Shown here one piece after another: positions 24,640-38,309 of a stretch of DNA of 64,000 nt. The DNA is from Octopus sinensis (lineage: Eukaryota), in the NCBI RefSeq assembly GCF_006345805.1, contig NC_043004.1:104532001-104596000 (forward strand), in the 5' to 3' direction. The first letter of the stretch is position 1. Each line of letters begins with the position of its first letter. A program made the position numbers and the translations under genes. Below the pieces are notes generated by a model. That model saw only the letters and a list, made by a program, of their open reading frames with translations, was not told the origin of the DNA and did no database searches.

Positions 24640-26872
24640 ACACACACACGCACACACACTCACACTCACACACACATATGTATGTGTGTGTGTGTGTGTG
24701 CGTGTGTGTGTGTGTTTGTACCGAGGTAATGGTTTGGGTACCCGTAACTTACCCGTTTACCAGAAAACCTCGATAAAATAAGCCCCAAACTTGAAAAACA
24801 ATAACAAGTACTGGGGTCGATCAATTCGAACTAAACCTTTCGAGGTGATGCTCCAGTATGACCACAGCTCAATGACTGAAACAAGAAAAAGATAACCGGT
24901 AAAAGATGATTCTCGCGGAATCATTAAGACAATTAAAAAGCTACATCTACCTCACCCTTTTCCCACCAGATCCATTGAAGTTTCCCACGCCATCTCGAAG
25001 GGTGGCCGCAGTACCACCTGTACCACCCGTAGCCTTTCAACAGCTTGTTGAAAGGTCAGAGGTTAAGTGGCAAACTAAACGTGTACGTTCGTTTTGTATA
25101 CGTATCTGTATGTCTGTATATAATCTTCGGTCGATGTGTGTACGTGATTGAATCCAGAAAAGAAACAAAAGTCACAGGAAAAAAGTCATTGAAATACTTT
25201 GTTTCATTGTCTTATTTTCACTTAAGAATAGAATGAAAGTGCCTTTTATTTTTGTTTTGTGTTGGGGTTTTTTCTCTCACACGTGTAAACGCCATCATAT
25301 ATAAATTTTGCACAAGTCATGCACTGTCAGTTAATAATTGATTCAATATATATTTACTTTAATTGTTTATAGACGTTTGAATAAAATGTGACTTGTTTTT
25401 CCGCGACAATTTGTCTGGACACCGCGTGATTGAATCGGTCTGTTCGAATCTAGGATAACAGCAGTCGTAGTAGTGGTGATAGTAGTGGTGGTTGTGGTGA
25501 CACAAGCAGTTGAGAGAGGGAACTGTATATATATAGTTTGCCAGACGTTCCTGCGTCCTCACTTCCTTTCAGGTCAATAAAATAGGTCTGTGCGGTTGTC
25601 CAATTTGCAATCACTCGACCAACTAAAAATAGCAGCCAAATCTTCCTCAAATCACACTGTACTGTCTTGAATAAAGGAGGATACACTGGGTAAAATAAAC
25701 ATATATGTAGTTCTATATTTTTACACTGAATAAAAAAGGGCAGGATGGTCTCAGTTGGAACAACTTTTACTACATTTAATCTCGACCGTGTATTTATCAA
25801 ACAGATGTCGCTAACATCACCAAAAATCAGAAATTTTTAAAACATGCTATCTATGCAAGTAACTGATATTATTTACTGTTGTGATTAAGAAGCTTACTTT
25901 GCAATCACGTAGTTTCGGGTTCAGTCCCACTCTGCGGGGTTATAGTAGAAAACAATTACTCAAGGAAACTACGCAGTGGAACCGAATCCGGAATCATGTG
26001 GTTGGAAAAAACACTTATTGTTTGTTATATAACATAAAGTACGTCCACAAATATGTCCTTTGGATGTAAATCTTTGTTGATTTACCAGACTAACACTTTC
26101 ATCTTTGATCATCCGTCTTCGTGTTCTGAGTTCAAATGGCGCCGAGGTCGTCTTTGCCTTTTATCCTTTCGCGGTCGATAAAATAAATACCAGTTGAATA
26201 ATAAGGCCAATGTAATCGACTTAGCTTCTTCCTCGAAATTGTTGGCCCTGTGCCAAAACTTGAAATCAGTATTAGAATGTTTATATAAGGCGGCGAGCTG
26301 GCGGAATCATTAGCAGGCCGGGCAAAATGCTGAGCGACATTTCGTCCGTCTTCATGTTCTGAGTTCAAATGTCACCGAGGTCGACTTTACCTGTCATCCT
26401 TTCGAGGCCAATGCAATAAGTACCAGTTGAGCATTAGGATCGATACAATCGACTTACTCCCTCCCAAGAAATTGCTGGCCTTGTACCAAAATTTTAAATA
26501 TTAAACTAATATAAAAATGTTTATACCGTCACAATTCCGAATTTTACACTTTCGAAGGGTAGTTCTTCTAACAGTCGAAACTGCAGTTCAGGAATTGGAA
26601 TCTCTGTAAGCATGTTTTATCTAAAATAAATCACCAGAATCTACAAATAACATCTATTTTGAAAAATTGGGGAAAATTCCGTCTTCAGTATGCAGAAACT
26701 GAAAGAGCAAACTCTGCAGAAAATCGGTATTAACCAAAGGCTCAGCAATAAAATAAAACAGAAGTTTGGTAATGATACATTCCAGCATCAATACCAAAAC
26801 TTCTCTGTTTACGTTAGAACACATATTGCCGAGAGACTGAAAGACAAAATCGGTTACAAGTTGAACATTCGT

Positions 26873-26960
<88 letters not shown>

Positions 26961-26969
26961 TGTGTGTGT

Positions 26970-27320
26970 GTAAAGTATACTAGCCATCTCAATATGGCTA
27001 ACCACAAAGGGTGGGTGTTACTGTAGCTTTTAGCCCCAGGAGATCATCGTCTCCAGCTGGCTTTAGGCACACTTTCTGTGCTCTTATGGTATTTGCAAAG
27101 GGAGGTCATCCCTCCCTCGTCAACCTAAGTGATACGCACGGACTGCAGTTTCTAGGTATTTGCCTGTCTTCGGCGTACGACAATCACCGGTTTTCGAAAA
27201 CCATAAGAGCACAGAAAGTGTGCCTAAAGCTAGCTGGAGACGATGATCTCCTGGGGCTAAAAGCTACAGTAGCACCCACCCTTAGTGGTTAGCCATATTG
27301 AGATGGCTAGTATACTTTAC
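26970..27320. mobile_element. MITE with about 120-bp near-perfect terminal inverted repeats
   Basis: Arms 26970-27090 and 27200-27320 (GTAAAGTATACTAGCCATCTCAATATGGCTAACCAC...); about 110-bp spacer; no clear TSD. Confidence 0.9.
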
Positions 27321-28544
27321 GTTGTCGCGCAGTTACTGTTTACATCTCGTTCAGAGATTTATTATTGCTATATATATATATATATATACGACGGGAATCT
27401 TGTAGTTTCCGTCTACCAGATCCATTCACGAGGCTTTGGTCGGGCCGAAGCTATAGCAGAAGGTAAATGCCCAAGGTGCTACGCAGTGGGACTGAACCTG
27501 GAACCATATGGCTGGGAAGTAGGCTCCTTACTACACACCCACGCTGGTGACGTAAACAAACTAACACAAGTTGTCAAGCGTTTGGTGGTGGTAGAAATAC
27601 AAGTATATGCGCACATATTTTTTTGACGGGATTCCACACAGTTTCCATCAGCCAAATCCACTCAGAAGGCGCCGCAGCAGTAAAACTGAACCTGAAACCA
27701 CGTGATTGGGAACCAAGTTTCTTGAAGGCACATCACGGCAAGAAACGCAAAGGATGGCTGCTCTGACCACCTCACTACTTCTCTATGACTGATTCCGGAG
27801 ACAGGACCAGGAAGTGAGTCTAAAATAAAGCAGCATTAACGCGGATGGCAGTGCCCCAGTTTGGCCACAGCCTCTGGCCGAAGCAAGCTGATAGAATAAT
27901 ACTCTGTGCGCGCGTGCGTGTGTGTGTGTATGTGTGTGTGTGCGTATGTTTGTTCCAGTTCACCATCTGACAACCGGTGTTGATTTGTTTGTGTCCCCGT
28001 AAGTACGGTAAAAAGCGACCAATAGAATAAGTGCCAGATTTTAGAATAAGTACTGGCGGTGATTTTTTTTTTTTCTTCGACAAAAATTTTTAATGCGATG
28101 CCACCATCATGGCCACCATCCAATTACTGAAACAAGGAAAAAGATAAGACAAAAAATTAAGAAGATCTAGCACTGTAAAACTTCGCTGTTGTTCTATGCG
28201 GCTTACAACCAAAACCAGTACGTTGCTGCTCCTGCTGCTACTACTACTAAGGAAAGACTTCCGTTTGTACCTCACCAAAAAACACCCCCTTTGTTTTATG
28301 ATTAATTTTTTTTCTACACAAACCCCCGTTTTCGGCTACGGAGAATACGAATCCGCAAAAATAATTGGCAAAAATCGGCATTTTCAAATACCCCAACCCT
28401 TTCCCAATTCTTCATTTTAAAACTTTTTTCAGAAATTTTTTTCCGGAATCTCCGTATCCGAAACCGTGGGGTTTTGGCCAAAAGAAATGAGAAAAAAACC
28501 CAATAAATTGCAAGAAAACGGTGGGGGAAGTCTTTCCATTACTA

Positions 28545-28591
<47 letters not shown>

Positions 28592-29509
28592 AAACTGCTG
28601 CTGCTAAACTGCCGTCTCCCATCCCTTCAGCGTGTAGGCAGGAGAGGTTTTTAGGGGTTGAAATCTACACTAACAGGGAGGAAGTAATCAGAATTCTTTG
28701 AAGTCACGGTGGGTCCTTATAAGTGTGGGTGGTGGTGGTAGTGGTGATGATGATGATGATGATGGTGGTGGGGGTGCTGGTGCTGGTGATGTCGGTTCTT
28801 GTCGGTTGGTGATGATGGTGGTAGTGGTGGTGGTGGTGGTGATGGATTGGTGGTATCGCAGCTGGTGATTGTAGTGGTGGTAGTAGTGGTGGTGGTGGTG
28901 GTGGTGATACTGATGCTGATTCTGGTGATGACAATGGAGTGTCGGGTTCGTGTGTGGGTGGTGTGGCTTGCTAGAATGGGGTAGGGGAGTCTCAGGTGAT
29001 TGCTGAAAAGAGATACAGTGTGGGGGAGGAGAGGAAGTGATGACAATACGGTGCAAAAGGGTGTGTATGAGGGTGCACATAAGGTGGGTGTAGGAGTGTA
29101 TGTGCTAGCACATGTGTGGTGGGATGGAAATTCGGTACCTTGTTTGGGGTAATTAGGGGTAACTATTGAATAAGTACCCATACTTTTCTTCTTCTACATG
29201 GCTGTCTATCGTCTCCAGTACCCTTCTCTCACTATTTGTCTGCGTGACGGTCTACCCTGATACCCTGATATATACTTTTACTTGTTTCAGTCATGTGACT
29301 ACGGCCATGCTGGAGCACCCCCTTGAAGGGATTTAACTGAATAAATCGACTTATTGTTTTTTAAACCTAATACTTATTCTGTCCGTCTCTTTTACCCAAA
29401 CCGCTACCTTACGGGGGACATAAACACATCAACACCGGTTGTTAAACATTGTGTGTGTGGGTGGGGAGGGGGAAAACACAGACACAGAAACGCACACACA
29501 TCATATATA

Positions 29510-29738
29510 TTATTTATTGCCCACCGGGGGGGGGCTAAACATAGAGGGGTAAACAAGGACAAGGGGATTAAGTCGACTATATTGACCCCAGTGCGTATCT
29601 GGTATTTATTCTATCGAACTCGAAAGGATGAAAGGCAAAGTGGACCTCAGCGGAATTTGAACTCAAAACGTAAAGACAGACGAAATACCGCTCAGCATTT
29701 CGCCCGGCGTGCTAATGTTTCTGCCAGCTCACCGCCTT
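29510..29738 (-). mobile_element. SINE family B
   Basis: Reverse complement of 1099-1331. Confidence 0.8.
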
Positions 29739-30986
29739 ACATATATATTGCCTTGGGCAAGTGTCTTCTACAGTAGCCTCGGACCGACCAAAGACTTGAG
29801 AGTGGATTTGGTAGACGGAAACTGAAAGAAGCCCGGTTTTTTTTTAGTCAAACAAATCGCTCTTGTGTTTATAGTTTTAAATCTAGTAATTATCGGACTC
29901 TTTTTACCGAACCGCTAAGTTACTGGAACGGAAACTAACCAATATTAGTTGCCAAGCAGTGTGAGAGGAGGAAGAGAAACATAGACACGGTGACACACGC
30001 GTAGGTAGACGACGGTATTCCACTTGTTTGTAAATGGAGTTCTTTAATCATACGGTAAGCCTGCGCTTATAAGCCATGCCTGCGTAGCGGTTTGATAAAT
30101 CAGATCGATAAAACAAGAGCTAAAGTTCACTAAATATTGGGGTCGATATGAACGACTAAGCCCTTCGCGGGAGTGCACTTCATTTCACATTGCTCCAGTT
30201 CTAATCAGCTGGCAATAAAGAGTAATCTTGTAACGGACCAACTTCCCGTCCAGTGTGTGGACGCTGGACGAGAGGACTATACAGCACAGAATCCGGATAA
30301 TTGGCCTTATGAGCCTAATAGCTCGAGAAACGAGCTGGGATCATAGTTCTACTCGTTCACAGTTGACCAGGAACTAAATAGTATAAAAGCAAAAAACGAC
30401 AATACTTCCACATGCAAACATCGATATCTCGCCCACAAAGACACACAAACACACAGCAGCACTCTTAGACATCCACGCTCATCCACGTACACACATTCCA
30501 AACTCACCTACACACACACACAGTTTACTTTTGTTGATTTGTTTGACAGCTGGTACTAAAGATGGAGCTACTTCATTTAAATTACCAATACACTAGAGAA
30601 AGGCATGATCATCACAACATCCTGTTTCACACCATTTTAAACACACACACACAGAAAAAAAACAATGATCAGGAAACCATTCGCAGTGCTTAAACTTGAA
30701 CTAAAAACCTCTAGCTTTGAAAGTTGTTCACCTCGCGCTGTCTTGCCCTACATAGAATGCACTCGGCAGTTTCCCAGTGATCTACTTTTCTAATTGACTA
30801 AGCTCAGCTATTTCTCTCCCCCTCACCGCGCTTCCGCCGTCAGGTGGGCCACCGCATGCCATTAATCCGCACCCTTCTCTAGCTCAGGGCCGCTCTTAGG
30901 TGTGGGCATCCACCCTTCTCATTGATAGACCTCACCCGTGTTCTCTGTACAAATGAATATTCTTGAGATAAAGCGAATTTTCCTTA

Positions 30987-31057
<71 letters not shown>

Positions 31058-31339
31058 ATCTATGAAAGAATCTGCTTCCATTACTCAACCACCCACACAG
31101 AAAAATTACAAAAAAAAAAGCAAAAAAAAAATAACACCTGTCACGCAATCATTTTACCTTGCAGGTTTCTCGCAGGAAAACATGATATTCATTGCTGATT
31201 GGATGAGCATCACCAGCCGCCGGATCGTCGTCGTCATCATCATCATCGCCGTCGTCATCATCGTCGTCATCGTCACAATCATTTGTCATCTTCATCATTA
31301 CCATCATCATTTGTCGTCAACACCACCACCACCACCACC

Positions 31340-31373
<34 letters not shown>

Positions 31374-31648
31374 TCATAAAACGTACATCCTCACTATGAT
31401 CACACCTACCACTATCATCGTCGTCGTCATCGTAGCCGGCATCTTTCGTCATCGCCACCACCCCTGCCCTTCACTCTCATTATCAACAGCCACAACCGCA
31501 ATCACGATATGATCACAACGATGATGATGATGATGATAACAGTTATGATGATGTTGATGATGATATCCACTCATTCTGCGACCCCTGCGGATGCTCTGCA
31601 TGCACTAATCCAACATTACATAACTCAAAAGATATGTTCAGTTTATAC

Positions 31649-31938
31649 GTTGTTGTTGTTCCTTCTTGAGCCATGCCTGGCTCATAAGGGTCGGTTTCCC
31701 GGTTTCCTTGGCGTATAGGTTCCCCACCTGGACGGTCCGTCGCAGGTGAGCTGCAAGATGCAGGAGGAAAGAGTGAGAGAAAGTTGTGACGAAAGAATCA
31801 GCATAAGTTCACCATTACCTTCTGCCGGAGCCGCGTGGAGCTTAGGCGTTTCGCTCATAAACACACACACCGCCCGGTCTGAGATTCGAACCCGCGATCC
31901 CTCGACCGCTGCTCTAACCACTAGGCCATGTGCCCCCA
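31649..31938 (-). mobile_element. SINE family D
   Basis: Homologous to 14428-14724. Confidence 0.8.
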
Positions 31939-32407
31939 CTCAGTTTATATGTATGTTAGTATATAAACAATGACTGTTCCCTCTCCTCTTCCTGAAAGAA
32001 CTCTTAAAATTGTGGTTACGTAGCAAACATTGCCGAATGACTCATCAATTTCGAACAAACTATAAACTGGATTATATATGTATTTAAGTATCTTTTCACG
32101 CATGTTTATTCCCCAAGGAATATTTGCGTTCAAATCTGCCGGAATATAAATGCTAGTCATCGTTTCAAATCTCGTTGTTCACCGCGCATGTGACGATTTA
32201 TTATTTAACAGAATCGTTAACACGCCGGGCAAAATGCTTAGTGGCATTTCGTCCGTCTACACGATCTCGGTTCAAATTCCGCCGAGGTCGGCTTTGCCTT
32301 TCATCTTTTCGAAGTCAATAAATTAAGTACCAATGAAACATTGGGGTCGATGTAAACGACTAGTCCCCTCCCCACAAATATGAGGTCTTGTCCCTCTAGT
32401 AGAAAGG

Positions 32408-32408
<1 letters not shown>

Positions 32409-32442
<34 letters not shown>

Positions 32443-33930
32443 CGTCTTTGCTCAGCTTCTAAAGCTGGAGATGTACTACGGAGTCGGCTGTCCACTACCA
32501 GTGAACTAAGGTAATACCCCTTTTTTTCGAGCACCATCTGGAGTATTCGAGCGGTTCCAAGCAGTGTGGTTTTCTGCAATTGCTCCACCCTTATTACAGC
32601 CCCTATTTGTGCCATGTACTTCTCAAGATTTTTACTCACTGTTCCCAGGGCTATTACTACCACCTTTTTCATCGACCACAATTGCTGAACCTCCCAAGCT
32701 AACCTCTCATATCTATCGACTTTTCTTTCTTCCTTATCGCATACCTTGTTGTCAGCTGGGCATGCTATATCTATGATCCAGCATAGTTTGTTTCCTTTCT
32801 CAATTAACACTATGTCTGGTTTCCTATGTTCTATCGCATGGTCGCACTAAATCATAAAATTCTATAGGATCTTTGCACTATCATTTTCGATGATGCTTTC
32901 GGGTTTATGTTCGTACCACTTTTTTCCCCTGTCAAGTTCATACTCGTTGCGAAGTGTCCAATGGACAATCCTTGCTATATTCTTTCTGCGCTAGTGGCGT
33001 ACATTGACTGGTTATATGCCATACGGTTTCACCATTTTGTCCACAAATTCTGCACTTATCACTTTCTGATGTGTTGTCTGTTCTGTATTTGATGTAATTG
33101 GTTTTTAATGCTTGCTCTTGGGCAGCACAGATTAAAGCCTCCGTTTCCAGTTTTAAATCACTTTTAGTCGGCCATAGCCATCTTTTTTTTCTCTGTCTGT
33201 CTTATTTTCAACATCTCTTTGAAATTGTCCTTGCATTCTTTTCTTTACCCACCTATTTTCAGTTTCGTTCATTACCAAGTCATTGTACAGTGCTTTATCT
33301 TTGCAATCTTCCATCCTACACAAGCCTGACCTTCTTCCAATAACAATGGTTCTGTGGCATTTTTTAGATACTATGCTATGTTGTTTTCTTCTGCTCTAAT
33401 GCTGTGTTCGCATCCAATCAGTCCTTTTCCCCCTCTTTTTCTTGGTACATACAGTCTGTCTGTGTCACTTTTTGGGTGAAGTGACCCATATCTAGTCAGG
33501 AACTTCCTTGTCTTTCTGTCTAAGTTGTTTCGTTTGTCTACTGCCCATGCGATTACCCCTGCTCCATGTCTAAGTAGTGAAATCGCTCAGGTGCTGAAAG
33601 CTTCAATCTTATTCCGTCCGTTTAATTTCGACTTAAGGAACAGCCTCAATCTGCGCAAATACTCCACCTTAAATTTTTCTGTAATTTCTTTCTCCATCAA
33701 TTTATCCATTCCCAGTATCCCCAAGTACTTAAACCCCCTTCTCTTCTATATGTTTCGTAACCTCCCCGACGTTATCGTAGCTCGTCCATACATTTTATTT
33801 TACCTTTCTTCAAGACTAACACACCGCACTTTTTCAGTTTGAACTCCATTCTGATATCAGCACTGAAAGTATACATCGTATCAACGAGGGAACTGACTTG
33901 AGCTTCATCTTTACCATAAAGTTTGAGGTG
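32409..33930 (-). mobile_element. R4/Dong-clade non-LTR retrotransposon, 5'-truncated and decayed
   Basis: Minus strand: LKLYGKD...IRMEF..KKC, KYLGI, KLNGRNKI, LHPKSDTDRLYVPRKRGGKGL and restriction-like endonuclease KPDIVLIEK...IIDIACPAD...K...Y; ends in a (CAA)n tail. Confidence 0.9.
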
Positions 33931-34497
33931 TGGTCACCGTTTGTGAGGTACACTTTTCCATAGTTCGTCTCTTTGACTGAGCTACAATCCCGGATTAGGC
34001 GTAGACCAAGGAGGGGCGCTTGCCACAACGAGTACAGAGAAGCACTCACAGCCCTCCGCCAGGCGGGCAATGCGGTCGGTGGTAGTTCCACTCTAGTGTT
34101 CTATAGAGGGCTAGTGGGGGGAAAGTGCGACGACGTTCTTGGGGAAACTCTGGGCGTCGATGAAGATCAACTAACCAGTCTGTTTCGGAGAACTTTCGGG
34201 CCTGGGCCGATGGATAACTTCCAGAAATCCCTTGCCTGGCAGTGTTACCGAGGGGCGCTGCCTGTTCGGGATAAACTTTACAGGCACAGAAGCGCCGTCA
34301 ACCAGGCCTGTCCGAGGTACGCCCAGAACGATGAAACCGTTCTGCATGTCTTAGTCCAGTGCCCGAGTATTGCTGACCTGTGGGTTTATGTCGAACACCT
34401 GCTGTCGCGTGTGGGACGGATCCAGCTATCAGCTGAGTCCATGTGAAAATTGCTCCGCTGCCCTCTTTTGGCCGGGAGGAGAAGGCAATTATTAAGG
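33931..34497 (+). mobile_element. Tx1/L1-clade LINE ORF2 C-terminal fragment (zf-RVT)
   Basis: W..YRGALPVRDKL.....CP....DETVLHVLVQC...LW motif in ORF 33973-34446. Confidence 0.85.
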
Positions 34498-36487
34498 GCG
34501 TCACCATACTGGGTAAACTGATTTGCACAAATAATGCATTTTGCTATTAATACATCAGGATTATTAGAAGCATTTTTGCTTTGATGCTATACACTAGAAT
34601 AAATCTACAATTTTAGCTGCCACAGTGTGTAAATTGTATTGAATTAAAAACACGAGGCAGTTATAAATAAATGTCTTTTTAGACGATTAGTTTGTGGAGA
34701 GATTTGCATAAATAACGCATTCTCAGCAACAAGATCGATCAGTGAATTAATGATTAATCATAGACAGATGTTCAGTTATCGATAACACCCCAATGCATAA
34801 CTGAAATTGGTCCTGCTGATCTTTCTTTTTCCATCTACAGTGCATGATGTTTGTTACTCTGCCGCGCGTTTTTAATTCCGTTTGGCAGACACACACACAT
34901 CAGCTGAAATCTTCTCAAGTACACTTTAGCATCAAAACAAAAACACACGTTGTTCAGGGAAACTGGTTTATGTGAAAACAGAAGACTACCTGGGTGTCAG
35001 TAATTTGTATATATTATTCAATATCTTACATATATCTTCCACTACAAGACATTCCGTTCATCAGTTATCTACTGGCGATAGCAGTAATTTTGGCACCCGG
35101 CAGACAGAATCATTCCCTCCAGCAGTGCCGAAAAAATATTGATGCCACAGCAAGAATGTCCCTTCCGTTACCCATCACGCAGTCACCATGCGAAGCCAGT
35201 TTTAATAGTAATCATGCCAACTATGCACGGACTATGTTATGATACTCGTTGCGGATCAATTTGTTTTTTTGCTCTCAGCTTTGGTCTCACTTATTATATA
35301 CGAAAGGTGTATCAGTGATGAAACCGTTTCCTGTTGCTTCCCAGCTTGAGTCACTGCCCTGTTATCTCTCCCAAGTCCGATGTTAGTTCAGTAGGAAACA
35401 ATGGACCTCGCTACAAATCAACAACATTCCATTTCACTGCACATGTACACGTACACCCGTCCCCCACATACATGTTTGAGTGTACGCGTGCACACACACA
35501 CAGACTGTGTGTGTGTGTGTGCACATATACACGCGGTGCTTGAATGCGATTGCGATCACATCGTTAAATACATAGATAGCCATACCTCTGCCCATAGACA
35601 CACATATAAACATACATGCATGCAAACACACACACACACACACACGCACACACACATGCACACACACATGCAACACACACACACACACACATTAGTGTGT
35701 GTGTGTTGCATGTACATAAAACACTCGCGTATGAATATGTCTGTATTACTTCACCCATAAATATGTCTCGAAGTCTGTATGTGTTGTGTTTATGCGTGTA
35801 AAGTAAAAGTCTATTTGTAAATAAGTTTGGTATTTCATTACAACGATGCTAGTTCGAAATTAGTTCTGTACCACTTGCTAAGTTGATTCACAGATTCGTC
35901 ACCGTTTGCTGCTGCCTTTGCTGCTGCCTTTGCTGCTGCTGTTGTTCTATGTGTTATTACTGCTGCTGCTGCATTTGCTGCTGTTGTTATTACTGCTGCT
36001 GCTGCTGCTGCTGTTATATCTCAGCATTCAAAGCTTTCAACTGATGTTCTACTGTTAGCGCCTACTCATGCTTGTAGGACGTCACCTGTAAGCCCTGTGA
36101 TTGGTTGATTAAAGTGTTACGTCATCAACCTGCTGAGTGAGTGGTATCCCCGGCCAAGGAAGTTTTTGCTTACTTACTTCAGCTGATCGCAATGAGAAGC
36201 AGCTAATGTTGTGCTCGTGTTGTGTGTATGTGTGTGTGTGTGTGTGTCTTCTATGTGTGCGGCAGTGAATGATGTGCTCCGTGTCTGTATAGACATTATA
36301 AGTATATCTAGCAGCTCGCTTGCTATATGCCACTTAAACTTAGCTCCCAATGACTCGTTTCTTCTGCCACGCTCCATGATTCATGGTTTGGTAAGCTGTA
36401 GATTGCTCCTGGCACGAGTTATGTCGGTCGGTGGGCGCACCCGACCCACACATTAGGGATATAGGCGTTAATGTGTGCATTTGAGTG

Positions 36488-36570
<83 letters not shown>

Positions 36571-36894
36571 GTATGCGTGTGTGTATTACTGTATGTAAAG
36601 GTACGAGCCTGTGTGGGTGGTGATTCGATGGGTTGGTGGATGTCTTATTGAAAAGGAAAGGAAAAATAGGAGAAATAGATAAATAAATGGATAAAAAGTA
36701 AACTGTTAATTTACAAAAGGTCTCTTCAAGAAATAATGTTTAGTCATTCTAATACTAATGATCGTTACTAAATATATAATACACACATACTCACTCAATC
36801 GCACCTACACGCGCGCATATACATATCACTAACTTGTGTAGATAGACAGATAGATAGATAGATAGATAGATATATAGATAGATAGATAGAAAGG

Positions 36895-36935
<41 letters not shown>

Positions 36936-36937
36936 TT

Positions 36938-36987
<50 letters not shown>

Positions 36988-37483
36988 GTAAGGACGGATA
37001 GACAGACACCGTGAGAGTGATACTAACAACGAATATTCCTATTGTTCGATCAACTGTGTGTGTGAGTGTATGTATGTATGTATGTATGCGTGTGTGTATG
37101 CATGTATAGATGCATATATGTGTGCATGTGTATGTGCATTGTATGCACACACATTCACATACAGCTACCACATACGCAGTTGAGTTTTCTGTAATTCAGT
37201 CTTTTCTTTAAACAGCGATTAAAACCCTCTCCCGTCCTAAATACGATAAATCAATGTTTCTCACGGAGTGAGGTGGGGTGAGGTGGGAGCAGCCATCTCC
37301 GGGATGGGTGATCAAACAAATGCGCTTTAAAAGAATGCAGATAGTTAAAATTTTTTTCAAACTTATTCATGAAGAACAAAGGAGAATTATATGAAGCAAA
37401 ATTTGTGTGACCATTAATGAAGCTCGTGTATTTTATTAATTTATTTACGAGGTGGGATGTTATTTGTTCGAGAAATCCTGTCG

Positions 37484-37550
<67 letters not shown>

Positions 37551-37609
37551 ATTTTTATTTTTTATTTTATTTTATTTATTTATTTTTTATTTTTTTGTTC
37601 TTTTCTTCC

Positions 37610-37755
37610 CTTTTACGATCCCTCTTGATCGAAAACCTACGCCCCCCCCTTTTTTTGTTTCTTTTGTTTTTTTGTTTTTTTCATCCCCCGAAAGAAAAGC
37701 TCTACCTTGTAACTTGTCCCATCTGTGTGCAGCCCTGTGTGGCCAATAAAGAAAC
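37610..37755 (+). mobile_element. Retroposon 3' tail embedded in (TATC)n
   Basis: Ends ...GCAGCCCTGTGTGGCCAATAAAGAAAC; second copy at 43331-43475 (minus), also inside (GATA)n. Confidence 0.7.
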
Positions 37756-37762
37756 TTATCTA

Positions 37763-37801
<39 letters not shown>

Positions 37802-37806
37802 CTATA

Positions 37807-38308
37807 AGAGGGCGGGCGAAAAAGTTCATAAACTGACTATGAAGGAGTGATGCTAGAGTTGCGAAATCTTGCATGCATCAATTTCGACATCTCTTATTAA
37901 TAGCTGCATTGTTTCTTTCCAGGTAAACTGACATTTGACTGTTCAAAGACTCCGAAACTAACTTGTAGCTAATTCTGAAAACAGACGTGATTTGACCACG
38001 TGATGTTATCCAGTACCTGCAGGGAAAGGGTCTAGCCTCCTAGGATATTCATACTGATATCGTTGCTACATTAGGGATTAATACTCCAGCTTTATCAGCA
38101 GTGCTAAATTGTGCAGTTGAATTTCGGAGGGGAAGAGAGAGTCTTGAAGATGACCCAAGGTCTGAACGTACTGCAACTGCCACCACTAAGGGAAACATTG
38201 ATCGTGTTCATCACATAGTGATGAAAGCCAATGCTATTAGCTTATCCCGTGAGAGAGTTGAGAATATTCTGCGAGATGAACTTAACATGACAAAGGTTTC
38301 AGCTCGTT
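37807..38308 (+). mobile_element. Mariner 5' fragment (degenerate transposase N-terminus)
   Basis: VIQYLQGKG...EFRRGRESLEDDPRSER...ENILRDELNMTKVSAR, preceded by TA and a TIR-like start. Confidence 0.85.
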
Positions 38309-38309
38309 T

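Noticed and set aside
27720-27818. Minus-strand acceptor followed by ...MCLQETW
   Set aside because: The motif overlaps a degenerate SINE A head; no donor found.
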